Part shown: positions 1 to 11,815 of the stretch, in pieces
How positions within the stretch are numbered: position 1 is the stretch's first letter
How the letters are laid out: each line of letters starts with the position of its first letter
Assembly: GCA_963702405.1 (NCBI GenBank)
Contig: CAVPCM010000011.1
Location: 19,764-83,763 of the forward strand
Length of the DNA: 64,000 nucleotides
Direction of reading: 5' to 3'
Origin: an uncultured Actinomycetota bacterium
GTDB taxonomy: Bacteria > Actinomycetota > UBA4738 > HRBIN12
Translations under genes and position numbers: made by a program
The notes under the pieces: generated by a model
What the model was told of the DNA's origin: nothing
What the model saw: only the letters and a program-made list of their open reading frames with translations
Database searches by the model: none

Positions 1-2
1 AC

Positions 3-422
3 GTGGGCGACGAGTACGTCACCACGTTCTCGGCCGACGGGGTGATCGTCGCGACCCCCACGGGCTCGACCGCGTACTCGTTCTCGGCTCGCGGGCCGAT
101 CGTCAGCCCCGGCGTCCCCTGCCTGGTGGTGACGCCGATCGCCGCGCACATGGTGTTCGATCGATCGTTCGTGCTCGGCGCCGGACAGGTCGTGGTCCTG
201 GAGGTGGTGGGGGACGAACCCGGCGTCCTGTCCGCCGACGGACGGGAGGGGATCGAGCTCCCGGTCGGATCGAGGATCCGGATCCTGGCCGCGCCGAGCC
301 CCGCGCGCCTCGTGTCGAAGGACGACGCTCCCGGCTTCCTCTCCCGGGTCCGGGACAAGTTCGACCTCCCGGGCGATCCGCCCGGAACGAGAAGGGCACC
401 CGATGTCGGGGGAGGCCGTTAG
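3..422 (+). CDS. nadK: NAD kinase, C-terminal fragment (runs off window start)
   Basis: GSTAYSFSA(R)GP motif. Conserved nadK-recN pairing as in mycobacteria. Confidence 0.85.
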   Translation: MGDEYVTTFSADGVIVATPTGSTAYSFSARGPIVSPGVPCLVVTPIAAHMVFDRSFVLGAGQVVVLEVVGDEPGVLSADGREGIELPVGSRIRILAAPSPARLVSKDDAPGFLSRVRDKFDLPGDPPGTRRAPDVGGGR

Positions 423-2109
423 CATCCCGGCCGTGCTGCGCGAGCTCCACATCAGCGGCCTCGGGGTGATCGCCGACCTCGAGCTCGAGCTCGCGCCGGG
501 ACTGAACGTCCTCACCGGGGAGACCGGGGCCGGCAAGACGATGGTGACGGTGGGGCTGCTGCTGGCCTTGGGCGAGCGAGGCTCGTCCGCACTCGTCCGG
601 GAGGATGCGCAGGCTGCCCGGGTCCAGGCGCGGTTCGACGCGATCGACGGTGCCGGCGACTGGGCGGAGGACGGTGAGGTGATCCTGGCGCGGTCGATCG
701 CCCGGGACGGCAGATCGACGGCCCGGATCGGAGGTCAGCTCGCGACGGCGTCGGCGCTCGCCGAGCTCGGCGCCGGGCTCGTCGAGCACCACGGGCAGGG
801 TCAGACGCAGCGCCTGCTGGCGCCGGCCGTCCAGACCGGCTTCCTGGATCGGTACGCGGGAGACGCGCACGTGGTGGCGCTCGGCACCTATCGCGAGGCG
901 TACGAGCGGTTGCGGAGCGTCGCCACCGAGCTCGGCGCCCTGCGTGAGGCGGCACGGGACCGTGAGCGAGAGCTCGATCTCCTCGCCTATCAGGTGCACG
1001 AGATCGAGACCGTCGGCCCACGGGACGGCGAGACCGAGGAGCTCACCGCCGAGGAAGGACGGCTGGCGCACGTCGAGCGCCTGATGGAACAAGCGTCCGC
1101 GGCGGAGCACGCTCTGACCGGTGAGGATGGGATCGCCGACGACGCCGCATCCCTCGCGTCGCTGTTGGCGAGCGCCGCGGAGGTCGACCCTTCGGCGCGC
1201 GAGGTGGCGGATCGGGCTCGGGGGATCGCCTCCGAGATCGCGGAGCTCGCCCGGGACGTCCGCGCGTACGGGGAAGTCCTCCTGCCCGACCCCGAGCGGT
1301 TGGAGGCCGTTCGGGATCGCGTCGCGGCGCTCAAGCAGCTGCAGCGCAAGTACGGCCCCACCGATGCGGACGTCGTCGCGTTCCTGGCCGAGTCCGCGGA
1401 GCAGCTGCGGACCCTCGCCGGCGCCGACGATCGGCTCGCGGAGCTGGAGCGGGAGATGGAGGTCGCGTCCGCGACCGCTCGGGATCGTGCGGCCATCGTG
1501 ACCGCGGGGCGCACCCGGGCCGCGCCCGCGCTCGCCGACGCGGTGCGCTCGGAGCTCGAGGAGCTCGGGATGCCGGGCGCCGTCTTCGAGGCCCGGCTCC
1601 TCCCGCTCGACGAACCCGGTCCCGGTGGGGCCGAACGCGCCGAGCTGTGGTTCTCGGCATCCCCGGGTCAACCCGCGCGCCCGCTCGCCAAGGCTGCGTC
1701 GGGCGGCGAGCTCTCCCGCGCGCTGCTGGCGTGCCGGAGCGTGCTCGCCGATCTCGACGAGGTCGGCACGCTGGTCTTCGACGAGGTCGACGCCGGGATC
1801 GGGGGGCAGGCCGGCCTCGCCGTCGGCCGTCGCCTAGCCCGTCTCGCCGCGGGTCGCCAGGTGCTGGTGGTGACCCACTTGCCGCAGATCGCGTGCTTCG
1901 CCGACCGTCACCTGCGTGTCACCAAGGAACAGGGCACAGCATCGGTCGAGATGCTGGACGGGCCGAGCCGGACCGAGGAGCTCTCGCGGATGCTCGCCGG
2001 TCTCGCGGGCAGCGAGAGCGCCGTGACCCACGCGGAGGAGCTCCTGGCCGAGGCCGAACGCCTCCGCGAGGGATCCGCGTCCCTCGGCAGGGCGGGCGCC
2101 GTCACCTGA
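403..2109 (+). CDS. recN: DNA repair protein RecN
   Basis: N-terminal Walker A LTGETGAGKT and SMC-like coiled coil. Start may instead be the GTG at 433 (MLRELHISG...). Confidence 0.9.
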   Translation: MSGEAVSIPAVLRELHISGLGVIADLELELAPGLNVLTGETGAGKTMVTVGLLLALGERGSSALVREDAQAARVQARFDAIDGAGDWAEDGEVILARSIARDGRSTARIGGQLATASALAELGAGLVEHHGQGQTQRLLAPAVQTGFLDRYAGDAHVVALGTYREAYERLRSVATELGALREAARDRERELDLLAYQVHEIETVGPRDGETEELTAEEGRLAHVERLMEQASAAEHALTGEDGIADDAASLASLLASAAEVDPSAREVADRARGIASEIAELARDVRAYGEVLLPDPERLEAVRDRVAALKQLQRKYGPTDADVVAFLAESAEQLRTLAGADDRLAELEREMEVASATARDRAAIVTAGRTRAAPALADAVRSELEELGMPGAVFEARLLPLDEPGPGGAERAELWFSASPGQPARPLAKAASGGELSRALLACRSVLADLDEVGTLVFDEVDAGIGGQAGLAVGRRLARLAAGRQVLVVTHLPQIACFADRHLRVTKEQGTASVEMLDGPSRTEELSRMLAGLAGSESAVTHAEELLAEAERLREGSASLGRAGAVT

Positions 2110-2295
2110 GGCTCGGTCTCGGCTACCCTCGAACCCATCCGAGGGACGGCCGGGGACGGTCCCGGGCCGGGGAAGGGACCACTGGCTTCCAAGCTGCTTC
2201 GGCGTCGTGCGGCCCGCACCCGTCACCCAGCGGGGGGAAGGGCGAGGATCGATCGTCGAACGAAGGAGCTCGTCACCCGGATCGAGCCCGGGGAC

Positions 2296-3372
2296 GTGGC
2301 CGTGATCGATCACGAGGACCTCGACCGGGTCGCGGCGGAGGCGCTCGTCCGGGTCGGGGTGGCCGCCGTGGTCAACGCCGCGCCCTCGATCAGCGGCCGG
2401 TATCCCAACCTCGGGCCGATGATCTTGGAGGACGCCGGCGTGCCTCTCGTCGATCGGGTCGGCACGCTGGTGCTCGAGAAGATCCGCGAGGGCGATCCGG
2501 TGCGCCTCGAACACGACCGTGTCTTCTCCGGGGATCGACTCGTCGGCGTCGGGATCAGACAGGACCGAGGGTCGATCCTGGAGGCGATGGAGTCGGCTCG
2601 GGAAGCTCTCGACGACCGGTTCGAGGGATTCGCGCGGAACACCCTGGAATACATGCGCGAGGAGCGCGACCTGCTGTTCGGTGGCGCCGGCCTCCCGGAG
2701 CTCAGCCACTCGCTCGCCGGGCGACACGTCCTCGTCGTGGTCCGGGGCACCAGCTACCGGGAGGACCTGGCCGCGCTGCGTTCCTACATCCGGGACGTCC
2801 GCCCCGTCCTCGTGGGCGTGGACGGTGGCGCCGATGCGCTGCTCGACGCGGGCCATGTGCCGGACATCGTGATCGGCGACATGGACAGCATCTCGGACCG
2901 AGGGCTCGATCTGATCCGCCGCTCGCGACGGGCTTCGACGGAGATCGTCCTGCATGCCTACCCCGACGGCCGTGCGCCCGGGCGAGCCCGCCTGGAGCGG
3001 CTCGGGATCCCGTACCTCGAGGTGCGCTCGGCGGGCACGAGCGAGGACGTCGCGTTCCTCCTCGCGCACGAGCAGCGGGCGGAGCTGATCGTTGCCGTGG
3101 GCACGCATGGGAACCTCCGGGAGTTCCTGGACAAGGGCCGCCGAGGGATGTCCTCGACGTTCCTCGTCCGGTTGCGTGTGGGAGAGATCCTGATGGACGC
3201 GAAAGGCGTGGCCCGCCTGTACCCGAGCCGTGCGCGGGTCCGGGACGTGGTGATCTTGGTCGGTGCCGTGCTCATCACGTTCGGCCTGATGCTCGTCGCC
3301 TCACGCGGTCTCCGTCTCTACGTGGATCAGACGCTGGACGACTTCGTGGACCTGCTGCAGGCGATCCTGTGA
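2296..3372 (+). CDS. steA: SteA-like putative cytokinetic ring protein (Rv1697 family)
   Basis: AAVVNAAPSISGRYPNLGP block and position right after recN. The conserved N-terminal ELVTRIEPGDVAVIDH lies upstream in frame with no ATG/GTG/TTG, so the true start is probably a non-canonical codon near 2182-2194. Confidence 0.75.
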   Translation: MAVIDHEDLDRVAAEALVRVGVAAVVNAAPSISGRYPNLGPMILEDAGVPLVDRVGTLVLEKIREGDPVRLEHDRVFSGDRLVGVGIRQDRGSILEAMESAREALDDRFEGFARNTLEYMREERDLLFGGAGLPELSHSLAGRHVLVVVRGTSYREDLAALRSYIRDVRPVLVGVDGGADALLDAGHVPDIVIGDMDSISDRGLDLIRRSRRASTEIVLHAYPDGRAPGRARLERLGIPYLEVRSAGTSEDVAFLLAHEQRAELIVAVGTHGNLREFLDKGRRGMSSTFLVRLRVGEILMDAKGVARLYPSRARVRDVVILVGAVLITFGLMLVASRGLRLYVDQTLDDFVDLLQAIL

Positions 3373-4310
3373 TCTCCTGGCGCTACCACGTGGTCTCGAT
3401 CGTGGCGGTGATCCTCGCGTTCGGGCTCGGGATCCTGGCGGGGACATCGGTCGTTGGCGATCGGTTCGCTCGCGACCTGCAGCTGAACTACGACGAGGCG
3501 ATCCGGGAGCGGGACGCTGCGCTGGATACGGTGGCGCTCCAACAGCGATTCGCCGATGGCCTGGGGTCGACCCTCCGCGACGGTGTGCTCACCGGCGAGG
3601 AAGGGGTGGTGGTCACGGTGGAGGGGGTCGATGGCCCGGCCCAGATCGCCGTCGACGAACTCACCGCGGCAGGGGTCGACGTCCTCGCCACGCTCACGCT
3701 GGATCGGCGGCTCACCGATGTGCCGGACGAGGACACGGTGTCGGCGATCGAGGGGATCCTCGGCGTCACCGGGACGGACCCCGACTCGCTCGAGGCCCGG
3801 ATCGCGGACGCGCTGGCCGTCCGGCTTGCCGTGGGACCGGACGGAGACACGGACGTGCTGGGCGCGCTCCTCGCCGCCGGGCTCATCACGGCCGATCGAG
3901 ACCTCGACGAGGACGCTCTTCCGGGTATCGGCGGTGCCGGACAACTCGTGGTGGTCGCCGCGGGCGGTCGCTCTCTGCCGGATCGCGACTCTCCTCAGAC
4001 GCTCCTCGTCCCATTCTTCGAACGCCTTGTCCAGCTGGGTGCCCCGACGTCGGGCGTCGGCCCGACCGACGACCCCTTCGGGCTGGTCTCGGCGATCCGG
4101 GAGGCACCTGGGATCCCCGATTGCGCGTCGGTCACGGTCGATGACCTGGATCTGGAGGGGATCGGCGGCATCACGATGGTCATGGGGATCGAGCAGCTCC
4201 TCGCCGACGACGATCCCGCGTTCCGGCCCGGCGGGGACTACGGGTTCGGGGGCGACGCGATGATGGTTGTTCCCGGCGCCGACGAGCCGCCGCCATCCTG
4301 TCGAGCCTGA
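3369..4310 (+). CDS. SteB/MctB-like membrane protein (Rv1698 family)
   Basis: GTG start overlapping the steA stop. N-terminal TM helix (VVSIVAVILAFGLGILAG). About 313 aa, matching MctB size and position. Confidence 0.7.
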   Translation: MISWRYHVVSIVAVILAFGLGILAGTSVVGDRFARDLQLNYDEAIRERDAALDTVALQQRFADGLGSTLRDGVLTGEEGVVVTVEGVDGPAQIAVDELTAAGVDVLATLTLDRRLTDVPDEDTVSAIEGILGVTGTDPDSLEARIADALAVRLAVGPDGDTDVLGALLAAGLITADRDLDEDALPGIGGAGQLVVVAAGGRSLPDRDSPQTLLVPFFERLVQLGAPTSGVGPTDDPFGLVSAIREAPGIPDCASVTVDDLDLEGIGGITMVMGIEQLLADDDPAFRPGGDYGFGGDAMMVVPGADEPPPSCRA

Positions 4311-5002
4311 TGGAGCGTCAGGTCGTGGCGCTCGTGGCCGCGCACGAGGAATCGGAGCGGGTCGCCAGCACCGTCTCCGCGCTCCACGCTCTGGTCGACG
4401 AGGTCATCGTGGTGGATGACGGCTCCACCGACGCGACGAGCTCGGCAGCGCTCCTCGCCGGCGCCACCGTCCTGCGGACGTCCCATCGACTCGGGAAGGG
4501 CCGTGCGATCGAGGAGGCCCTGGGTCGTCTCCCGGCGTCGGCCGTATGGCTGCTCGCCGACGCCGATCTCGCCGAGAGCGCGGCGCTCCTCGGTCCACTG
4601 CTCGGCGCGGTCAGAGAGGGCCGGGCCGATATCGCGATCGCCGTCTTCCCGAAGCTCGCCGGGGGAGGGTTCGGGATCGTGAAGCGATTCGCCGCCCGAT
4701 CGATCCGCGCCCTCTGCGGGTGGGAGACGCGAGCGCCGTTGTCGGGGCAGCGCGCGCTCACCGCCTACGCCCTGGCCGCCGTACGCCCGCTCGCTCCCGG
4801 GTTCGGCCTCGAGGTGGGGATGACGATCGACGCGGTTCGCTCCGGCCTGCGGGTGGTCGAGATCCCCCTGGAGGGATTGACCCATCGTCCGACAGGGCGC
4901 GGCCCCCGTGGGTTCGCGCACCGCGCGCGCCAAGGGGTGGACATCGCCGGAGCGGTCGTCTCGCGAGCCGTGCCGGGACTTCCTCGGCGTCGGAGGCCCT
5001 GA
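4310..5002 (+). CDS. family 2 glycosyltransferase
   Basis: VVDDGSTDAT motif typical of GT2 (DPM1-like). Confidence 0.7.
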   Translation: MERQVVALVAAHEESERVASTVSALHALVDEVIVVDDGSTDATSSAALLAGATVLRTSHRLGKGRAIEEALGRLPASAVWLLADADLAESAALLGPLLGAVREGRADIAIAVFPKLAGGGFGIVKRFAARSIRALCGWETRAPLSGQRALTAYALAAVRPLAPGFGLEVGMTIDAVRSGLRVVEIPLEGLTHRPTGRGPRGFAHRARQGVDIAGAVVSRAVPGLPRRRRP

Positions 5003-5016
5003 TCGAGCCGGCGGGG

Positions 5017-7513
<2,497 letters not shown>

Positions 7514-7516
7514 CGC

Positions 7517-8032
7517 GTGCTCGAGCCCGTCCGGTCGTCCGTCCTCTTCCGAGGACGATGGGTCCAGGTGGACGAGGAGGAATGGCCCGACGCGGGAACC
7601 TGGGAGGTGTTCAAACCCAAGGACGCGGCGGCGGTCCTCCCGATCACACCGGACGGGGACGTCCTGTTGATCCGTCAGTTCCGCGCCGGTGCTCGGAGTC
7701 TGATCGAGGAGATACCGGCCGGGCTTCTCGATGTGGAGGGCGAGGACGCGCCCAGTTGCGCCACCCGCGAGCTGTTCGAAGAGACCGGGTTCCGCCACAC
7801 GTCGCTCGAGCCGCTCGTGGCGTTGCACCTGTCCCCGGGATCCTCGAGCGAGCTGGTGCATCTGTTCGTGGCTCGGACGGGGGGCGATCCCGAACGCGCG
7901 CCGGAAGAGGGCATCGAGGTGATCCGGCGGTCGTTCGACGGAGCGGTGGACGACGCCCGCGCCGGTCGGATCGACGACGCGAAGACCGTGCTCGCGCTGC
8001 TCCTCGCCGACGCCCGGATGGCCGCGGGGTAG
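7517..8032 (+). CDS. NUDIX hydrolase (ADP-ribose pyrophosphatase-like, Rv1700 family)
   Basis: Nudix box G-x5-E-x7-REL.EETG (CATRELFEETG). Confidence 0.85.
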   Translation: MLEPVRSSVLFRGRWVQVDEEEWPDAGTWEVFKPKDAAAVLPITPDGDVLLIRQFRAGARSLIEEIPAGLLDVEGEDAPSCATRELFEETGFRHTSLEPLVALHLSPGSSSELVHLFVARTGGDPERAPEEGIEVIRRSFDGAVDDARAGRIDDAKTVLALLLADARMAAG

Positions 8033-8060
8033 GCTCTGACCGAGTCGGAAGGGGCAGGCG

Positions 8061-9185
8061 TTGATCGTCGGCATCCCCAAAGAGGTGAAGGACAACGAGT
8101 ACCGCATCGCGGCGACCCCCGAGGGAGTCCGCGAGCTGGTGGACGCCGGACAGACGGTCCTGATCGAGGAGGGAGCGGGGCTAGGCTCGAGCCTCTCCGA
8201 GGAGCGCTACAAGCGGTCGGGGGCGCAGTTCGTGTCCTCCGCCGAGGACGTGTGGCGAGGCGCCGACATGATCCTGAAGGTCAAGGAACCGATCGCCTCC
8301 GAGTTCGCGCTGATGCGGGAAGGGCAGATCCTCTTCACCTACCTCCACCTCGCCGCGAACCCCGAACTCACCCAGGAGCTGATCCGTCGGAAGGTGGATG
8401 CCGTCGCCTACGAGACGGTCCAGCTGGGCGACGGGCGCCTGCCGCTCCTCGCCCCGATGAGCGAGATCGCGGGGAGGATGGCGCCGCACGTGGCGGCTCG
8501 GTTCCTCGAGAAGGAGGCCGGCGGGCGCGGCGTCCTGATGGGCGGGGTGTCGGGGGTGCGGCCCGCCCGCGTGCTCGTTCTGGGTGCCGGGATGGCCGGC
8601 GCGAACGCCGCCGGGATCGCCGCGGGGATGGAGGCCGAGGTGATCGTGGTCGACAAGAACCTGGACAAGCTCCGGTTCGTCGACCAGATCTACCGCGGCA
8701 GGATCGTCACGCTGATGTCGGACCGGCTCACGCTCGAACAGCGGGTCCGTGAGGCCGACGCCGTGATCGGGAGCGTCCTGCTCCCGGGAGCGAAAGCGCC
8801 GGTGATCGTGTCGGAGGAGATGGTGGCCTCGATGCGGCCAGGGTCGGTGATCGTCGACATCGCGATCGACCAGGGGGGCTGCGTCGCCACGTCCCGCATG
8901 ACGACCCATTCCGATCCCACCTATGTCGTCGACGGCGTCGTGCACTACTGCGTCGGCAACATGCCCGGCGCGGTCCCCAACACGTCGACCTACGCGCTCA
9001 CGAACGTGACGCTGCCGTACGCGTTGGCGATCGCGGAGAAGGGTCTCGAGGAGGCGGTCCGATCGGACCCGGTCCTCGCGGGCGGCGTGAACGTCCTGGG
9101 GGGCTCGGTCACGAACGAAGGTGTCGCGGAAGCACACGCGGTGCCCTACGTTCCGCTCGGGAACCTGATCGAAGGGTCCGGGTGA
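8061..9185 (+). CDS. ald: alanine dehydrogenase
   Basis: MIVGIPKEVKDNEYRIAATP N-terminus, Rossmann GAGMAG motif. TTG start. Confidence 0.9.
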   Translation: MIVGIPKEVKDNEYRIAATPEGVRELVDAGQTVLIEEGAGLGSSLSEERYKRSGAQFVSSAEDVWRGADMILKVKEPIASEFALMREGQILFTYLHLAANPELTQELIRRKVDAVAYETVQLGDGRLPLLAPMSEIAGRMAPHVAARFLEKEAGGRGVLMGGVSGVRPARVLVLGAGMAGANAAGIAAGMEAEVIVVDKNLDKLRFVDQIYRGRIVTLMSDRLTLEQRVREADAVIGSVLLPGAKAPVIVSEEMVASMRPGSVIVDIAIDQGGCVATSRMTTHSDPTYVVDGVVHYCVGNMPGAVPNTSTYALTNVTLPYALAIAEKGLEEAVRSDPVLAGGVNVLGGSVTNEGVAEAHAVPYVPLGNLIEGSG

Positions 9186-9197
9186 GGGAGGACGGCC

Positions 9198-10136
9198 GTG
9201 GCGAGCGGGCTCGGGATGGAAGCGGAGCGCTACCTCGACCACCTCACGGTGGAGCGAGGGCTCTCCGAGAACACGCTGGAGGCGTACCGACGCGACCTGC
9301 GTCGGTACGTCCGCTTCCTCGAGCATCGCGACGTGCGCAGCCTCCGCGAAGTGGACGAGCGCACGATCAGGTCGTTCGTGGCGTCGCTCTCGGCGTCGAC
9401 GCATGGTCCGGAGGCCGCGCCCTACCGCGCAACCTCTGTCGCTCGGACGCTCTCCGCGGTTCGGTCCTTCCACCGGTTCCTGTTGCGGGAGGGCGTGACG
9501 GAGCGGGATCCCGCCGCGGGTGTCGCGCAGCCCCGTCTGCCTCGATCCCTGCCGCGCCCGCTCCCTGTGGACGACGTCCGGCGACTCCTCGAGGCGCCGG
9601 AGGAGAGCTCGCCCACCGGCGTCCGTGACCGGGCGATCCTCGAGTTGCTGTACGGCTCGGGATTGCGGATCTCCGAGCTGACGGGCATGGACGTCGACGA
9701 CCTCGACCTGGAAGAGGGGAGCCTGCGCGTGCTCGGCAAGGGGGGGAAGGAGCGCGAGGTGCCGCTCGGCTCGTTCGCGCACGAAGCCGTGGGCGCCTAC
9801 CTCACGCGCGGCCGCCCCGCGCTGGCGACCGGGGTCAGCCGAGGCGCGCTGTTCCTCAACGCGCGGGGCGGCCGCCTGTCGCGTCAGAGCTGTGCCCGCC
9901 TCCTCGGCCGGTACGTACGGGTCGCCGGGATCGATCGCCGGGTCACGCTGCACACCCTCCGACACTCCTTCGCGACCCACCTCCTCGAAGGTGGCGCGGA
10001 CGTCCGTGTGGTCCAGGAGCTCCTCGGCCACGCGAGCGTGGCGACGACGCAGATCTACACGCTCGTGACCGCCCGGCATCTCCGGGAGGTCTACGAGGAG
10101 TCCCATCCTCGCGCCCGCCGGCGCGTTCGGGCGTGA
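9198..10136 (+). CDS. xerD: site-specific tyrosine recombinase XerD
   Basis: LSENTLEAYRRDL core-binding domain and catalytic R..HxxR..Y region (LRHSFATHLLEGGADVRVVQELLGH). Conserved position after the NUDIX gene. Confidence 0.9.
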   Translation: MASGLGMEAERYLDHLTVERGLSENTLEAYRRDLRRYVRFLEHRDVRSLREVDERTIRSFVASLSASTHGPEAAPYRATSVARTLSAVRSFHRFLLREGVTERDPAAGVAQPRLPRSLPRPLPVDDVRRLLEAPEESSPTGVRDRAILELLYGSGLRISELTGMDVDDLDLEEGSLRVLGKGGKEREVPLGSFAHEAVGAYLTRGRPALATGVSRGALFLNARGGRLSRQSCARLLGRYVRVAGIDRRVTLHTLRHSFATHLLEGGADVRVVQELLGHASVATTQIYTLVTARHLREVYEESHPRARRRVRA

Positions 10137-10501
10137 TGGCGGACGACGCGCTCGACGAGGCGGCGCTGGCGCGTCTCCGAGAGGAGCTCGTGCGCCATCG
10201 AGCGTTCCTCCGAGCCGAGATGGAGTCCCAGGGTGCCGACCCGGACTCGGACGACGTCGCGTTCGTTGCCGACGCGGGCTTCGCCGACCGAGGGCACAGC
10301 ACCGGCGAGCGCTCGCAGGTGATCGCGGTCGTCCGCGCGCTACGGTCGAACCTGTCAGACGTGGAGCGAGCCCTGTCGAAGATGGAGGCCGGCACCTATG
10401 GGATCTGTGAGCGTTGTGGCCGGCCGATCGCACCGGAGCGGCTCGAGGCCCTGCCCTGGGCGGTGCTGGGGATCGATTGCAAGCAAGCGGAGGGCCGGTG
10501 A
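10133..10501 (+). CDS. DksA/TraR family C4-type zinc-finger protein
   Basis: C-terminal CxxC-x17-CxxC (CERCGRPIAPERLEALPWAVLGIDC). N-terminal coiled-coil region. Confidence 0.75.
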   Translation: MMADDALDEAALARLREELVRHRAFLRAEMESQGADPDSDDVAFVADAGFADRGHSTGERSQVIAVVRALRSNLSDVERALSKMEAGTYGICERCGRPIAPERLEALPWAVLGIDCKQAEGR

Positions 10502-11694
10502 CCGGCGCGCTCGTGCCACGCGTACTGGTCGTGGTGTGCGACTCGTGGGGCGTCGGCGACGCACCGGACGCGGCGGCCTACGGGGACGACGGGTCGGACA
10601 CGCTCGCGAACACCGCCGACGTGGTGGGCGGGATCCGTGCCCCGAACCTCGCATCGCTCGGACTCGGATCCCTGACGACGATCCGCGGCGTCGCCGCCGC
10701 CGCGGCGGCGCCCGGAACCGCTCACGGTCGCGCGACCGAGCGCTCCGCCGGCAAGGACACCACCACCGGCCACTGGGAGATGATGGGGATCCGGCTCGAC
10801 GAGCCGTTCCCGTTGTATCCGGACGGGTTCCCCCCGGATCTCATCGAGCCGTTCGAGCGGGAGATCGGCAGGACCGTGCTCGGGAACCGCGCCGCGTCGG
10901 GGACGGAGATCATCGCCGAGCTCGGGGAGGAACACCTCCGGACGGGCGGCCCGATCGTCTACACGTCGGGGGACTCCGTGTTCCAGATCGCGACGCACAA
11001 GTCGGTGGTCGATCTGCCGCTGCTCTACGAATGGTCACGAGCGGCGCGCCGCCTGCTCGTCGGACCGCACAACGTCGGACGGGTGATCGCGCGGCCGTTC
11101 GAGGGCCGCCCCGGCGCCTTCGTGCGGAGCCCCGAGCGACGCGACTTCTCCGTTCCGCCGCCCGGCCCGACGGTGCTCGACCGGCTGCAGGAGGCGGGGG
11201 TCGCCGTCCTCGGCGTGGGCAAGATCCAAGACATCTTCTCGGGCCAGGGGATCACGGAGGGGAGGTACTCGGACTCCAACGACCACGGGGTGGATCTCAC
11301 GCTCGAGTACCTTCGCAGGCCCGCGCCTGCGTTGGTCTTCACGAACCTCGTGGACTTCGACTCCAAGTACGGACACCGCAACGACGCGGACGGCTACGCG
11401 GCGTGCATCGAGGCGTTCGACAGGAGGATCCCGGAGCTGATCGCCGCCCTCGACGGGGGTGTGCTCTTGCTCACCGGGGACCACGGATGCGACCCCACCA
11501 CGCCGCCGACCGATCATTCGCGCGAGCGGACCCCCCTCCTGGCCGCCGGACTCCGGGGCGGACCGGTCGATCTCGGCACGAGGGATTCGTTCTCCGATCT
11601 TGGACAGACGGTGGCGGACCTGCTCGGGGCAGACGGTACGGGACTCGAGGGAGAGAGTTTCGTTGACCTCCTGGGGATCGAGGGGTCGAGCTGA
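10498..11694 (+). CDS. deoB: phosphopentomutase
   Basis: VCDSWGVGDAPDA and TGDHGCDPT metal-binding motifs. GTG start overlaps the dksA stop. Confidence 0.85.
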   Translation: MTGALVPRVLVVVCDSWGVGDAPDAAAYGDDGSDTLANTADVVGGIRAPNLASLGLGSLTTIRGVAAAAAAPGTAHGRATERSAGKDTTTGHWEMMGIRLDEPFPLYPDGFPPDLIEPFEREIGRTVLGNRAASGTEIIAELGEEHLRTGGPIVYTSGDSVFQIATHKSVVDLPLLYEWSRAARRLLVGPHNVGRVIARPFEGRPGAFVRSPERRDFSVPPPGPTVLDRLQEAGVAVLGVGKIQDIFSGQGITEGRYSDSNDHGVDLTLEYLRRPAPALVFTNLVDFDSKYGHRNDADGYAACIEAFDRRIPELIAALDGGVLLLTGDHGCDPTTPPTDHSRERTPLLAAGLRGGPVDLGTRDSFSDLGQTVADLLGADGTGLEGESFVDLLGIEGSS

Positions 11695-11815
11695 TGTCGA
11701 CATCCACGGTTCCCGCCATCGAGGGTTCCCATCAGTCGTCGAGCGTGACGCACCCTTCAGTCGAAGTCGATGCCGACTGGAAGCAGAGGTCGGCCTGGAT
11801 CGGTCGTCGACCGTG

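Noticed and set aside
103-1671. Long antisense and other-frame ORFs from the six-frame track (e.g. 103..1671-, 1647..4310+, 5918..8107-, 8181..10433-, 32231..34993+, 35311..37329+, 38035..39687+, 48139..50217+, 50647..52629+, 55411..57852+, 57573..59165+)
   Set aside because: They overlap well-supported genes on the opposite strand or in another frame. They have Arg/Pro/Gly-rich low-complexity translations typical of high-GC stop-codon scarcity. None has a recognisable motif.
4546-5016. ATG 4546 as the start of the MraY/WecA-family gene (426-aa ORF)
   Set aside because: The 4546-5016 portion overlaps the GT2 gene out of frame and translates to Arg-rich junk. The membrane protein plausibly starts at the GTG at 5017, just after the GT2 stop.
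9198-10136. XerD as a phage or island integrase marking a mobile element
   Set aside because: It sits in the conserved nudix-xerD chromosomal context with full XerD core-binding and catalytic motifs. There is no flanking att-like repeat or phage genes.
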